Assembly: GCF_009914755.1 (NCBI RefSeq)
Contig: NC_060927.1
DNA length: 64,000 nt
Strand: one strand, 5' to 3'
DNA from: the human T2T-CHM13v2.0 reference genome, Homo sapiens
The notes below the pieces were generated by a model, which worked only from the letters and a program-made list of their open reading frames with translations, made no database searches and was not told the DNA's origin. Positions 1 through 17,600 of the stretch are shown in pieces (position 1 is the first letter of the stretch; every line of letters starts with the position of its first letter). Both the position numbers and the translations under genes were made by a program.

Positions 1-605
1 GATAGTATATGAAGAGTTCTAGCTTAAGAAACAACTGAGTAGATAAAAGGGAATCTCAAAATACTTAGTCCAGAAGAAGGCAGAAAAGATTGATAAAAAC
101 GGACCTACCTACAAGAAATCTACTTTAAAACATAAAGCCACAAAATAGGCCAAAATGAAAGGATACAAAAAGGTGTGTTAACAATTAAAAGAAACCTGGA
201 CTGGCTGTATAAACAGCAGACAAACTAGAGTTTAGAGCTAAAAAATACTATCAGTGATAATAAGGAAGGTTGTTATTTCGTGATAATAGGACCAGTTCAT
301 TAAGATGATATAATAGAACTAAATATTTATGTACCTAATAACAGCTTCAAAATTCACAAAGCAAAAACTGAGAGGATTTCAAGAAGAAACAGACAAATTC
401 AATTATAATCGGAGATTCCAAAACTTCTCTCAGTAATTGGTAGAAAAAGTAGACATAAAATCGCTAAGGATATAAAAAATTTGAACGTAACTATCAGCCA
501 ACTTGACCTAATAGACGTTTATAGAACACTCCACACAATAACAGTAGAATATACATTCTCTTTAAAGACACATGAGGTCTACTTTTAAAAATTCTCAAAA
601 ATGTT

Positions 606-2080
<1,475 letters not shown>

Positions 2081-2785
2081 TAGCAAGATTTTAGCAGTTG
2101 GAATCCAGCAGTGTATAAAAAGGGTAATACGTCATGACCAAGTGGATTTCGTTGGTTTAAGTTTGAAAATCGATGGATGTTATTTACTGTATTAACACAA
2201 TAGAAAGGATGAGCCATGGGTTTGTCTCAATACATGGAGAAAAGGCATTTGACGGAACCCAGTATCCATTGCTGATAGAAGTGTTCAGCAAACTTGGAAT
2301 AGAAGAGAATGCCCTTTAGCCTCATAAAGGACATCTTTTAAAAACCTACCATTGGCATTAAACTTAAGGGTAAAAAGAATGACAGTTTTTCCTCTTAGAT
2401 CAGGAAAAATAAAATTTCTCTTCATCCACTTTTATTCAACAATGTACTGAAGGGTCTAGCTAATGTAGTAAGGCAAAAAAAAATTTTTTTTAAGAAAACG
2501 AATAAAAGGAATCCAGATTGGAAAGAAGTAAACTTGATTTTATTCACCGACAACATGATTGAATTTTTGTAGCAAAATTGTATATTTACAAAAATACTAG
2601 TGGAAGTAAGTGTAATAAGGTTTCAGGATATAAGATTAGTATTCAAGAAACAACTGTGTTTCTTTATGGCTGCAATGAATGATTAAAAAGGGAATTTTAA
2701 AACTGCCATTTGCAATAGTATCAAAACCAGGAAATACCGAGGCAGAAATCTGATGAAACAGTGTGCGCTCTGCACTGATAACTAC

Positions 2786-3410
2786 TGCTCTGTTTCTAAG
2801 TGTCCCCCAGAGTTCATGTGTTAGAAACTGAAGCCCCAGTAAGAGAGTGTTGAGACATGGGACCTTCAAGAGGCGACGCGAATGCTCACGGATGGACTCA
2901 TGTCTTTATTGTGGATGCGAGTTGCTTATAAAAGCCAGTTTGGCCCTCTCCTGCTCTCTTTCTTGCAATGTGATGCCTTCGGCTACGTTATGACACAACA
3001 AGAAGGACCCTCACCAGGTGTGGCTTCTTGGTCCTTGACCTGGAGGACTTTCCAGCCTCCAGGAGAACTGTGAGCCAAATGAACTTTTATTTTTTTGAGG
3101 CAGTCTCACGCTGTGACTCAGGCTGGGGAGTGCAGTGACACAATCTCGGCTCACTGCAGCCTCCACCTCCTGGGTTCAAGCAATTCTTGTGCCGCTATAC
3201 TCGGCTGAAGTTTGCATTTTAGATACAGTGTTTTGCCGTGTTGGCCAGATGGGTCTTGAACTCCTGGCCTTATGTGATCTGCCCACCTCAGTCTCCCAAA
3301 GTGCCAGGATTACAGGCATGAGCTACTGCTCCCAGCCAGCTTCTAATGTTTATATTAATCAATTGCATAGGCAGTGGTATTCTGATAAAGCGTACCGAAC
3401 GGATGAAGAC
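2786..3410 (+). mobile_element. MST-type (ERVL-MaLR) LTR interrupted by an antisense Alu (~3086-3340)
   Basis: tgctctg...tgtcccccagagttcatgtgttagaaact...gactttccagcctccaggagaactgtgagccaaat...gaagaca. Confidence 0.65.
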
Positions 3411-3522
3411 AACTGCAAACACTGCTGAGAGAAATTTTTAAAGACCTAAATAAATGAAAAGATTTGCTGTTTTCATGGATCAGAAAACTCGGTGTTGTTA
3501 AGAAATCAAGAAATAAATTCTC

Positions 3523-6314
<2,792 letters not shown>

Positions 6315-6440
6315 TTAAAATTTACTCAAACCTACACTCAAAAGATTGGTTTGTTTTGTGTATTTTGTCATTTATCTCTGGAAATTAATTTTATTGCATC
6401 AATTTAAACCATAACTAATTTCTGAATATCTTCTTGTTAG

Positions 6441-6588
6441 GGCATGCCAGAACAGTGGGCTCGATTACTACAGACCTCCAATATCACCAAACTAGAGCAA
6501 AAGAAGAATCCTCAGGCTGTGCTGGATGTCCTAAAGTTCTACGACTCCAACACAGTGAAGCAGAAATATCTGAGCTTTACTCCTCCTG
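6441..6588 (+). CDS. PAK2: PAK2 exon 4, autoinhibitory domain
   Basis: ttgttag|GGC ATG CCA...CCT CCT G|gtaaga; [49 protein letters not shown]; 148 nt. Confidence 0.97.
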
Positions 6589-8204
6589 GTAAGAGAGTGG
6601 CATAAGGCTGGATCAGATGGAGATTTGTGAAGCACTTCTAGATAAAAAGATTACTCCTGGAAAAATGAAAAGCTAAACTATGGTTCTTGTTGATAACGGT
6701 TTTTCCCTGGATAGATTCTACCTTTTGTAGACTGATCCAGGGCAGTTCTGAAGCATAATTTGGATCTGTGAATTATAGTAATCTCATAGGTTTGCCAGAA
6801 ACGGGAGTTGATGGATATTTTGGCTTTTTGTTTATTTGGTTTTTTCTCCTCATTGCTGTGTTTTTGTTTTCATTTTTCACTCTTCACTGCTTTTAAATGA
6901 CTTCCAGCAATCAAAGGAAAAGACGCTGGTTGATAGACATGTTCATACTAGAAACACATTTATTGTTAGCGGGACAAGAGGAGGTTGAACTAAAAAATGT
7001 TTAGGTCCACTCAAAAAATTGAAACTCGCAAGTGTGCAGATAATAGAATATATGTATTTTAATATATAAAACAGATAAATCATATACGAAAGAAGCGTTA
7101 GAACTAAAAGGATTTATACCTCAGAAATGGAATATCTGGAATATCATCTACATAGTCACAGTAATGCAAATTTTACTTTCTGGATGAATATAGCTGGATG
7201 GAAATGGGGTTTGATGTACTTTGTTTTCCAAGTTGCTCAGTATCTGAGATATACCGTTAACCTATGAGAGAACCAGTGAATTGGTATATAGTGTAAGAGT
7301 TGGTGTAGTGGATTTTTAAAAATAGTTTTTGTTCAAATAAAGATCAGAATAAAGTTCATACAACGCAGTTGGTTGATACATCTCTTGAATCTCTTTTGAT
7401 CTTTAGGCTTCCCCTCCCACACACTGGTTCATGCTGTCTTTTCTTGACGTTTATTTATTACAGAAACAAGATCATTTGTCCTGTTTCCCTCAGTTTAGAT
7501 TTTGCTCACTACATCCTCAGGATGTCATTTTTCAATATGTTTGTCTGTCTCTGAAGTCATACATGTGGTTTTCAAAAGCAATATGATGGAGCTAAAATCG
7601 TACATGTGGTTTTAATTGATTTTACTTACTGTTTGCATCCTCACAGAAACAAAGGCCATGTGCAAGGGAGAAATAGAAATCTTTTTCAAGTGATCTTGAC
7701 CTTTTTTTGTTGAGTCTAGTACACCGTTAGGAAAAGGTCACACTTGCTCCTAGAACTTTTCTATCAACCAGTAAGTCTGTGTGTAAATTAGTAATTTTTT
7801 TGAAAAACCAATGTTTGACCACAAAATGGTAGCTTATTTTCACCTAGTACACATACATACATATATGTGTGTGCGCACGCGCGTGCGTGTGTGTGTTTTG
7901 TTTTGTTTTTGAGCTGGAGTTTACTCTGTTGCCCAGGCTGGAGTGCAGTGGCACAATCTCGGCTTGCCAGAACCCCCGCCTCCCGGGTTCAAGCAATTCT
8001 CCTGCCTCAGCCTCCTGAGTAGCTGAGATTACAAGCATGCGCCGCCACACCTGGCTAATTTTGTATTTTTAGTAGAGACTGGGTTTCTCCATGTTGGTCA
8101 GGCTGGTCTTGAACTCCCAACCTCAGGTGATCTGCCTGTCTCTCGGCCTCCCAAAGTGCTAGGATTACAGGCATGAGCCACCGCGCCCGGCCTGTGCGTA
8201 TGTA

Positions 8205-8300
8205 ATATGTGATATGTGTGTGTGTGTGTGATATATATATATATATACACATATATATATATATACACACACACATATACACACACACACACATATATGT
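8205..8300. repeat. Compound (TG)n(TA)n(CA)n microsatellite
   Basis: Read directly from the sequence. Confidence 0.9.
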
Positions 8301-8771
8301 ATGTCTCTGGGCATTTTTAAAAGAAAAACAAAACAATGTCAGAATTTTACTTTGCACAATTGTCATTGTCTTAATTGTTGCATTAAGTTCCTCAGTCAGC
8401 AGTTTTCTGGAGAAAGTATCTTTATCAATAAATTTGTTTTGTTTTAATAAATACAGATTGATAGGTATACTTTCAAACTAAATTTTGATAGCTTTATTGA
8501 GGTATAATTTACATGCAATACAATTCACCCATTTTAAATATATAATTCACTGATTTTTACTAAATTTATAGTTTCATGTAGATTTCAGATTTCTTACCTT
8601 GGTCTTATATAAATTCTTATTTGACTACTTGCGTGTTCATTTTTCTCAAGAGTTAATTCAACTTGAAATCAGTTTAAGAACATTTCACTTTCTCTGCTTT
8701 TTTTTTTTCCTTTTATCATATAAAAGTGCTGTTTCTTGAATTGCTAATGTTATGTTTTGTTTCATATTCAG

Positions 8772-8803
8772 AGAAAGATGGCTTTCCTTCTGGAACACCA
8801 GCA
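8772..8803 (+). CDS. PAK2: PAK2 exon 5, 32-nt micro-exon
   Basis: tattcag|AG AAA GAT...CCA GCA|gtaagt; (E)KDGFPSGTPA; phases fit both neighbours. Confidence 0.95.
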
Positions 8804-9218
8804 GTAAGTTAATTATATTATTTCTTGTATCTCTTGTTCTAATTTAGGTTACCCAAGACAAATCTCAGTTTTTATTTTGCTTTCTAAAATAAATTACAGC
8901 CATCAGAGGTAAATAACTACTCAATAGGTGTTTTTAGCTAGCCACCTGATTAGTTGAAGAAGCCGTATTAAATAGAAATTCCTTGATGTGATACTTAATG
9001 TAACTAAAATTTATAATGACCTTCAGAACAGTTTAGTTAGTTTTGGTAATGTTAACATATACAAACGTGAACACAAAGAACTTGCTAGCATATATTTTCC
9101 TCTCCATCCCTCAGTTTTCCTTCTGGTACTATTTTACTGAATATAGACTGTGGAAAGGTGCTGAACAGTTGAACCTTGTCAGTCTTCAGAGTCATCTGAA
9201 ACTTAAGTTATCGCATAA

Positions 9219-9536
<318 letters not shown>

Positions 9537-9998
9537 TAGCCAGGATGGTCTTGATCTCCTGACCTTGTGATCCACCCACCTCGGCCTCCCAAAGTGCTGG
9601 GATTACAGACGTGAGCCACCATGCCCGGCCCCAAATCTGACTGTTTTAAATGTCACCAGATGTCTCTGACATAACAAAGCCCAGAGGATCTTTGATTTTG
9701 GTCTTAACAAGTAACATTGTTTACTTTCAGGACATTGTATATGTATGCTTAGGGTAACTTTATTAAAATATTTGGTACTCACCATATATATATATTTCAT
9801 AAACTTTTTCATGATTCATAGAATCGCCTTATTATGTTAGATTATAATTCTATTGAGTTATCTAAGAGCTAATGAGATTTAGTGGTTTTGAAATGAGCTA
9901 TCAAAGAAGCAAACTTTTTGAAGTACGTTCATAAAGGGCGATAGTCGCATTTAAGCCTATTGGACTTGTTTTCCTTACTTTGCTCATCATCAATGCAG

Positions 9999-10106
9999 CT
10001 GAATGCCAAGGGAACAGAAGCACCCGCAGTAGTGACAGAGGAGGAGGATGATGATGAAGAGACTGCTCCTCCCGTTATTGCCCCGCGACCGGATCATACG
10101 AAATCA
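9999..10106 (+). CDS. PAK2: PAK2 exon 6, acidic stretch and PIX-binding proline motif
   Basis: aatgcag|CTG AAT...AAA TCA|gtgagt; LNAKGTEAPAVVTEEEDDDEETAPPVIAPRPDHTKS; 108 nt. Confidence 0.97.
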
Positions 10107-11201
10107 GTGAGTCTCCATCGGTGATCTAGGCTGTGTGTGTGCACGTGTGTTTTAAAAAATAGCAGAGTTTGTATTTGACTTTCAGTGATTGCTTTTAAAA
10201 AGCCCTCAAGTTTAAAATCGTTTAGTATGGGGAAATTTAACCAAGAAATCTGTACCCAAAGACCACTCACCTAAAACTAGTTTTCTGAAGATTAAAATGT
10301 GATGTCTTTAAAAGTTAACGCACTCACCTCACTGGGCTTTTTTCTTTGTATAGTACACCTTTTCCAGAGGGTTCGTCTATTTCCCAAGCTTTCTCTGTTT
10401 ATCTCAATGTAGATGACGACTAAATCTAAAACTTAGAGCTTTCCTCTTACCCAGATTATGCATTTTAATCTCCCATTTTACACTACTCTCAGCGCCTTGC
10501 TGTCATTCAAAAGGCAGTTGAGAATGAAATTCCTAACCAGGTAAGGGAGAATTTTAAAAATGATGACCTTAAATGGAGCCAGGAAGAGAGGAATGACTGC
10601 GGTTACCATTCTGCTCCCTTCAGTACTGCAGGTAGAGTGTGCGGAAGGTGCTGTGCCGTGGAATGGGCTGTGCTCCTGGCACAGCGGGCAGGCAGAGCTC
10701 AGGAGACAGCCTCTGGATGCCAAGCTGATGGCAGAGGACTCCGTTTTCTTTAGCCTTTCAATCTGGCTGTTTGAAATGGGTGGTAGGCATTATAATTGTG
10801 TAAAAACTTTCATGGGAATTAATAATAGTTATTTCAACATCAAGGTTTCTGTTCTTTTGCATTTTACTTACCATTTGTAGTAAAAACATGATTTTTAAAC
10901 CGTGCTTTTTGATACATTGTTATACCATTTTAGACCTGGTCACACTTAAATTTCATTCATGGACCTGCTGTTTTACTAGACAGCTTTTCAAATATATTCA
11001 TGCTATGCCAAAGAAAAATGTTTCACATTTATTCTTCTTAGTTACACATCTTTTATATCTGAAAATAGTGTTCTCATTATTTAGAACAATGGAAAAGACT
11101 ACTTAGTTCAGGTTAAAAATCAAAGAACTGAATTAGTTTGCCAGGAAGAATATCTGAAAACATTATTCCTCAAACCTTGGTAATGAACTGTGTCTCCACA
11201 G

Positions 11202-11334
11202 ATTTACACACGGTCTGTAATTGACCCTGTTCCTGCACCAGTTGGTGATTCACATGTTGATGGTGCTGCCAAGTCTTTAGACAAACAGAAAAAGAAGACT
11301 AAGATGACAGATGAAGAGATTATGGAGAAATTAA
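11202..11334 (+). CDS. PAK2: PAK2 exon 7, with the caspase-3 site SHVD|G
   Basis: ctccacag|ATT TAC...TTA A|gtatgt; IYTRSVIDPVPAPVGDSHVDGAAKSLDKQKKKTKMTDEEIMEKL; the SHVD|G site is PAK2-specific among group I PAKs. Confidence 0.97.
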
Positions 11335-11522
11335 GTATGTTATCTACATTTTACATCATTGTTAAATTGTTCACGGCTCTTAAAACATTTGGCCCAGATG
11401 GATTTTAACTTACACTTTACATTGTGACTTAAAGTATAAAGAATAAATTGTTTCCTTATAGCAACAGTAGCTTCAATTACAATCTGGTGATGTCACCAGG
11501 TTCACCCCTAAATCCCAGCACT

Positions 11523-13036
<1,514 letters not shown>

Positions 13037-14009
13037 TGAGCATATAAGAATTATTTTAGGAGAGCTGCTACTTAAAAAAAAAAAAAAAATTAACTAGAAT
13101 CCTAATTGTCATCATTTAGTTGTGACCTTTAGCTGTCACATCCCCAGTCTTTTTGGTATCTTTTTGTTCTTAGCCTCTTATTATTGATCCTGTTTCTTTG
13201 CTTGTTGACTTGAGGTTGGGTACCTACATAAAACTATTTATGTGAGTTTCCTTGATATGGTCCTGTCCTTTTTTACCTTGAGCAAGTGAAAGTTTAATGT
13301 GGTTTTTCTTACTAGTAATAAGAATATAAGTTAGGATTTTATGTCCAACTTCCTAATTTTAAAACCTCTTTCTTGTGACTTTGAACTTTCCTAAAACAAA
13401 CATATGATTAGTTTATGTCAGAGCATAGTAATTTTTATGGTAATAAGTGGTTTTCTAAATATATTGAAAGATGATATGTATACTGGAAGAGTCAGAAAGA
13501 CCATTTAGGGTTTAGATAGCCTTTATTATTTATAATACTAAGTAGTCTCAAACTTACCTATTAATAGATATATTCAAATATATCTATTTCTATATTCAAA
13601 TATATCTATTTTATATTCAAATATGTCTATTTTCTTGAGATTACCTGATTCTAAAGCTGAACATCTGAGAACCTAATTAATCTCTGACAAACTGGTACAG
13701 TCTTTTCAAAATGTGACCATTATTGAGCAAATGATTAGTTAGGAGGTCTAACCTAATGGAAATAATGTGTCTTCTTGTTTCTGTTACTTTTAAACTTTTA
13801 ATGTGTCTTGTTTCTGATACTTTTAAACTTTTATTATGTATTTAAGTTTCTTTAGTGTTTTGTGTTTGAAACCTGTTATTTTTGGAACTTAGTATTATGT
13901 TTGAAAATCACTTATAAAAACAGTGGAGTTCATTAAAAGGAATAATAATATCACAATCAATTTACACTTAAAATGCTTGACTGAGCTTCCAGCTTTTTGT
14001 TTATTCTAG

Positions 14010-14073
14010 GAACTATCGTGAGCATAGGTGACCCTAAGAAAAAATATACAAGATATGAAAAAATTGGACAAGG
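14010..14073 (+). CDS. PAK2: PAK2 exon 8, kinase start and first half of the Gly-rich loop
   Basis: attctag|GA ACT ATC...CAA GG|gtaagt; (R)[20 protein letters not shown](G); 64 nt. Confidence 0.96.
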
Positions 14074-14611
14074 GTAAGTATTTGTGACTGTATTACGATA
14101 ATATTCAGTATTCAGTATTTCCTGGCTTTATAGCATGATGTTTATTTTGCCTGCCGACATCAAGTACTTATATAGTATTCTGTGAGTGGTACCCTTGGGG
14201 GATTTGTGTAAATAAATAATGCAGTTATTTGTAGATGCTGTTAAAAAACTGTACTAGTTGTTAGCAATGACTGTGTATCATTATTTTTTCTTAAGTGTCA
14301 TTTCCCATCTGTGATAATTAGAGGGAAGAATTGCCCATAAAATATATTTAAAAGACAATAAGAATATTTACTGCATGACTATAAGCAATAAAAAATGCAT
14401 TTAAATCATGTCATTGTGTATTGACTTTTGAGTCTACTGATCTTCTGATTTTGTTGTGTAATTTGTATTTTTAAAGTATACTAACTAAACTCCTTTTTTC
14501 TGTTGCTTGGAAGCAAATAAACACCTAAATTTTTAATGTTATTAAACTCTGGAAAGCATTCTGTGAATTTAGAGTGAGGGCTTAAGCCATTTTTGAAAAC
14601 TTCCATATGAA

Positions 14612-17600
14612 TTCCTTCCTCCCTTCCCTCCCTTCCTTCCCTTCCCTACCCTCCCTTCCCTCCCTTCCTTCCCTTCCCTACCCTCCCTTCCCTCCCTTCC
14701 TTCCCTCCCTTCCTTCCCTCCCTTCCTTCCTTCCTTCCTTCCTCCCTTCCCTCCCTTCCTTCCCTTCCCTACCCTCCCTTCCCTTCCTTCCTTCCCTCCC
14801 TTCCTTCCCTCCCTTCCTTCCCTTCCCTACCCTCCCTTCCCTCCCTCCCTTCCCTCCCTTCCTTCCCTCCCTTCCTTCCCTCCCTTCCTTCCTTCCCTCC
14901 CTCCCTTCCCTCCCTCCCTTCCCTCCCTCCCTTCCCTTCCCTTCCTTCCCTCCCTTCCTTCCCTCCCTTCCTTCCCTTCCCTCCCTCCCTTCCCTCCCTT
15001 CCTTCCCTTCCCTTCCTTCCCTACCCTCCCTTCCCTCCCTTCCTTCCCTTCCCTCCCTCCCTTCCCTCCCTTCCTTCCCTCCCTTCCTTCCCTTCCCTCC
15101 CTTCCTTCCCTCCCTTCCTTCCCTCCCTTCCTTCCCTCCCTTCCTTCCCTCCCTTCCTTCCCTCCCTTCCTTCCCTTCCCTTCCTTCCCTACCCTCCCTT
15201 CCCTCCCTTCCTTCCCTTCCCTCCCTCCCTTCCCTCCCTTCCTTCCCTCCCTTCCTTCCCTTCCTTCCTTCCCTCCCTTCCTTCCCTCCCTTCCTTCCCT
15301 TCCCTCCCTCCCTTCCTCCCTTCCTTCCCTCCCTTCCTTCCCTCCCTTCCTTCCCTCCCTTCCTTCCCTTCCCTCCCTCCCTTCCCTCCCTTCCTTCCCT
15401 CCCTTCCTTCCCTCCCTTCCTTCCCTCCCTTCCTTCCCCTTCCCTTCCTTCCCTACCCTCCCTTCCTTCCCTTCCTTCCCTTCCCTCCCTCCCTTCCTCC
15501 CTTCCTTCCCTCCCTTCCTTCCCTCCCTTCCTTCCCTTCCCTCCCTCCCTTCCCTCCCTTCCTTCCCTCCCTTCCTTCCCTCCCTTCCTTCCCTCCCTTC
15601 CTTCCTTCCCTCCCTCCCTTCCCTCCCTTCCTTCCCTCCCTTCCTTCCCTCCCTTCCTTCCCTCCCTTCCTTCCCTTCCCTTCCTTCCCTACCCTCCCTT
15701 CCCTCCCTTCCTTCCCTTCCCTCCCTCCCTTCCCTCCCTTCCTTCCCTTCCCTTCCTTCCCTACCCTCCCTTCCCTCCCTTCCTTCCTCCCTTCCTTCCC
15801 TTCCCTCCCTCCCTTCCCTCCCTTCCTTCCCTCCCTTCCTTCCCTTCCCTCCCTCCCTTCCCTCCCTTCCTTCCCTTCCCTTCCTTCCCTACCCTCCCTT
15901 CCCTCCCTTCCCTTCCCTTCCTTCCTTCCCTCCCTTCCTTCCCTCCCTTCCTTCCCTCCCTTCCTTCCCTCCCTTCCTTCCCTCCCTTCCTTCCCTTCCC
16001 TCCCTCCTTCCCTCCCTTCCTTCCCTCCCTTCCTTCCCTTCCCTCCCTTCCCTTCCCTCCCTTCCTTCCCTCCCTTCCTTCCCTTCCCTCCCTCCCTCCC
16101 TCCCTTCCTTCCCTCCCTTCCTTCCCTTCCCTCCCTCCCTTCCCTCCCTCCCTTCCCTCCCTCCCTTCCCTCCCTTCCTTCCCTTCCTTCCTTCCTTCCC
16201 TCCCTTCCTTCCCTTCCCTCCCTTCCTTCCCTCCCTTCCTTCCCTCCCTTCCTTCCCTCCCTTCCTTCCCTTCCCTCCCTCCCTTCCCTCCCTTCCTTCC
16301 CTCCCTTCCTTCCCTCCCTTCCTTCCCTTCCCTTCCTTCCTTCCCTCCCTTCCTTCCCTCCCTTCCTTCCCTCCCTTCCTTCCCTCCCTTCCTTCCCTCC
16401 CTTCCTTCCCTTCCCTCCCTCCCTTCCCTCCCTTCCTTCCCTCCCTTCCTTCCTTCCCTCCCTCCCTTCCCTCCCTTCCTTCCCTTCCCTTCCTTCCCTA
16501 CCCTCCCTTCCCTCCCTTCCTTCCCTTCCCTTCCTTCCCTCCCTTCCTTCCCTTCCCTTCCTTCCCTCCCTCCCTCCTCCTTCCTTCCCTCCCTTCCTTC
16601 CCTCCCTTCCTTCCCTTCCCTCCCTCCCTTCCCTCCCTTCCTTCCCTCCCTTCCTTCCCTCCCTTCCTTCCCTTCCCTTCCTTCCCTCCCTTCCTTCCCT
16701 CCCTTCCTTCCTCCCTTCCTTCCCTTCCCTCCCTCCTTCCCTCCCTCCTTCCCTTCCCTCCTTCCCTACCCTCCCTTCCCTCCCTTCCTTCCCTTCCCTC
16801 CCTCCCTTCCCTCCCTTCCTTCCCTCCCTTCCTTCCCTTCCCTCCCTCCCTTCCCTCCCTTCCTTCCCTCCCTTCCTTCCCTTCCCTCCTCCCTTCCCTC
16901 CCTTCCTTCCCTCCCTTCCTTCCCTCCCTTCCTTCCCTCCCTTCCTTCCCTACCCTCCCTTCCCTCCCTTCCTTCCCTTCCCTTCCTTCCCTACCCTCCC
17001 TTCCCTCCCTTCCTTCCCTTCCCTCCCTTCCTTCCCTCCCTTCCTTCCCTCCCTTCCTTCCCTCCCTTCCTTCCCTTCCCTCCCTCCCTTCCCTCCCTCC
17101 CTTCCCTCCCTTCCTTCCCTTCCCTTCCTTCCCTACCCTCCCTTCCCTCCCTTCCTTCCTCCCTTCCTTCCCTTCCCTCCCTCCCTTCCCTCCCTTCCTT
17201 CCCTCCCTTCCTTCCCTCCCTTCCTTCCCTTCCCTCCCTCCCTTCCCTCCCTCCCTTCCCTCCCTTCCTTCCCTTCCCTTCCTTCCCTACCCTCCCTTCC
17301 CTCCCTTCCTTCCCTCCCTTCCTTCCCTTCCCTCCCTCCCTTCCCTCCCTTCCTTCCCTCCCTTCCTTCCCTCCCTTCCTTCCCTTCCCTTCCTTCCTTC
17401 CCTCCCTTCCTTCCCTCCCTTCCTTCCCTCCCTTCCTTCCCTTCCCTCCCTCCCTTCCCTCCCTTCCTTCCCTTCCCTTCCTTCCCTACCCTCCCTTCCC
17501 TCCCTTCCTTCCCTTCCCTCCCCTCCCTTCCCTCCCTTCCTTCCCTCCCTTCCTTCCCTTCCCTCCCTCCCTTCCCTCCCTTCCTTCCCTCCCTTCCTTC

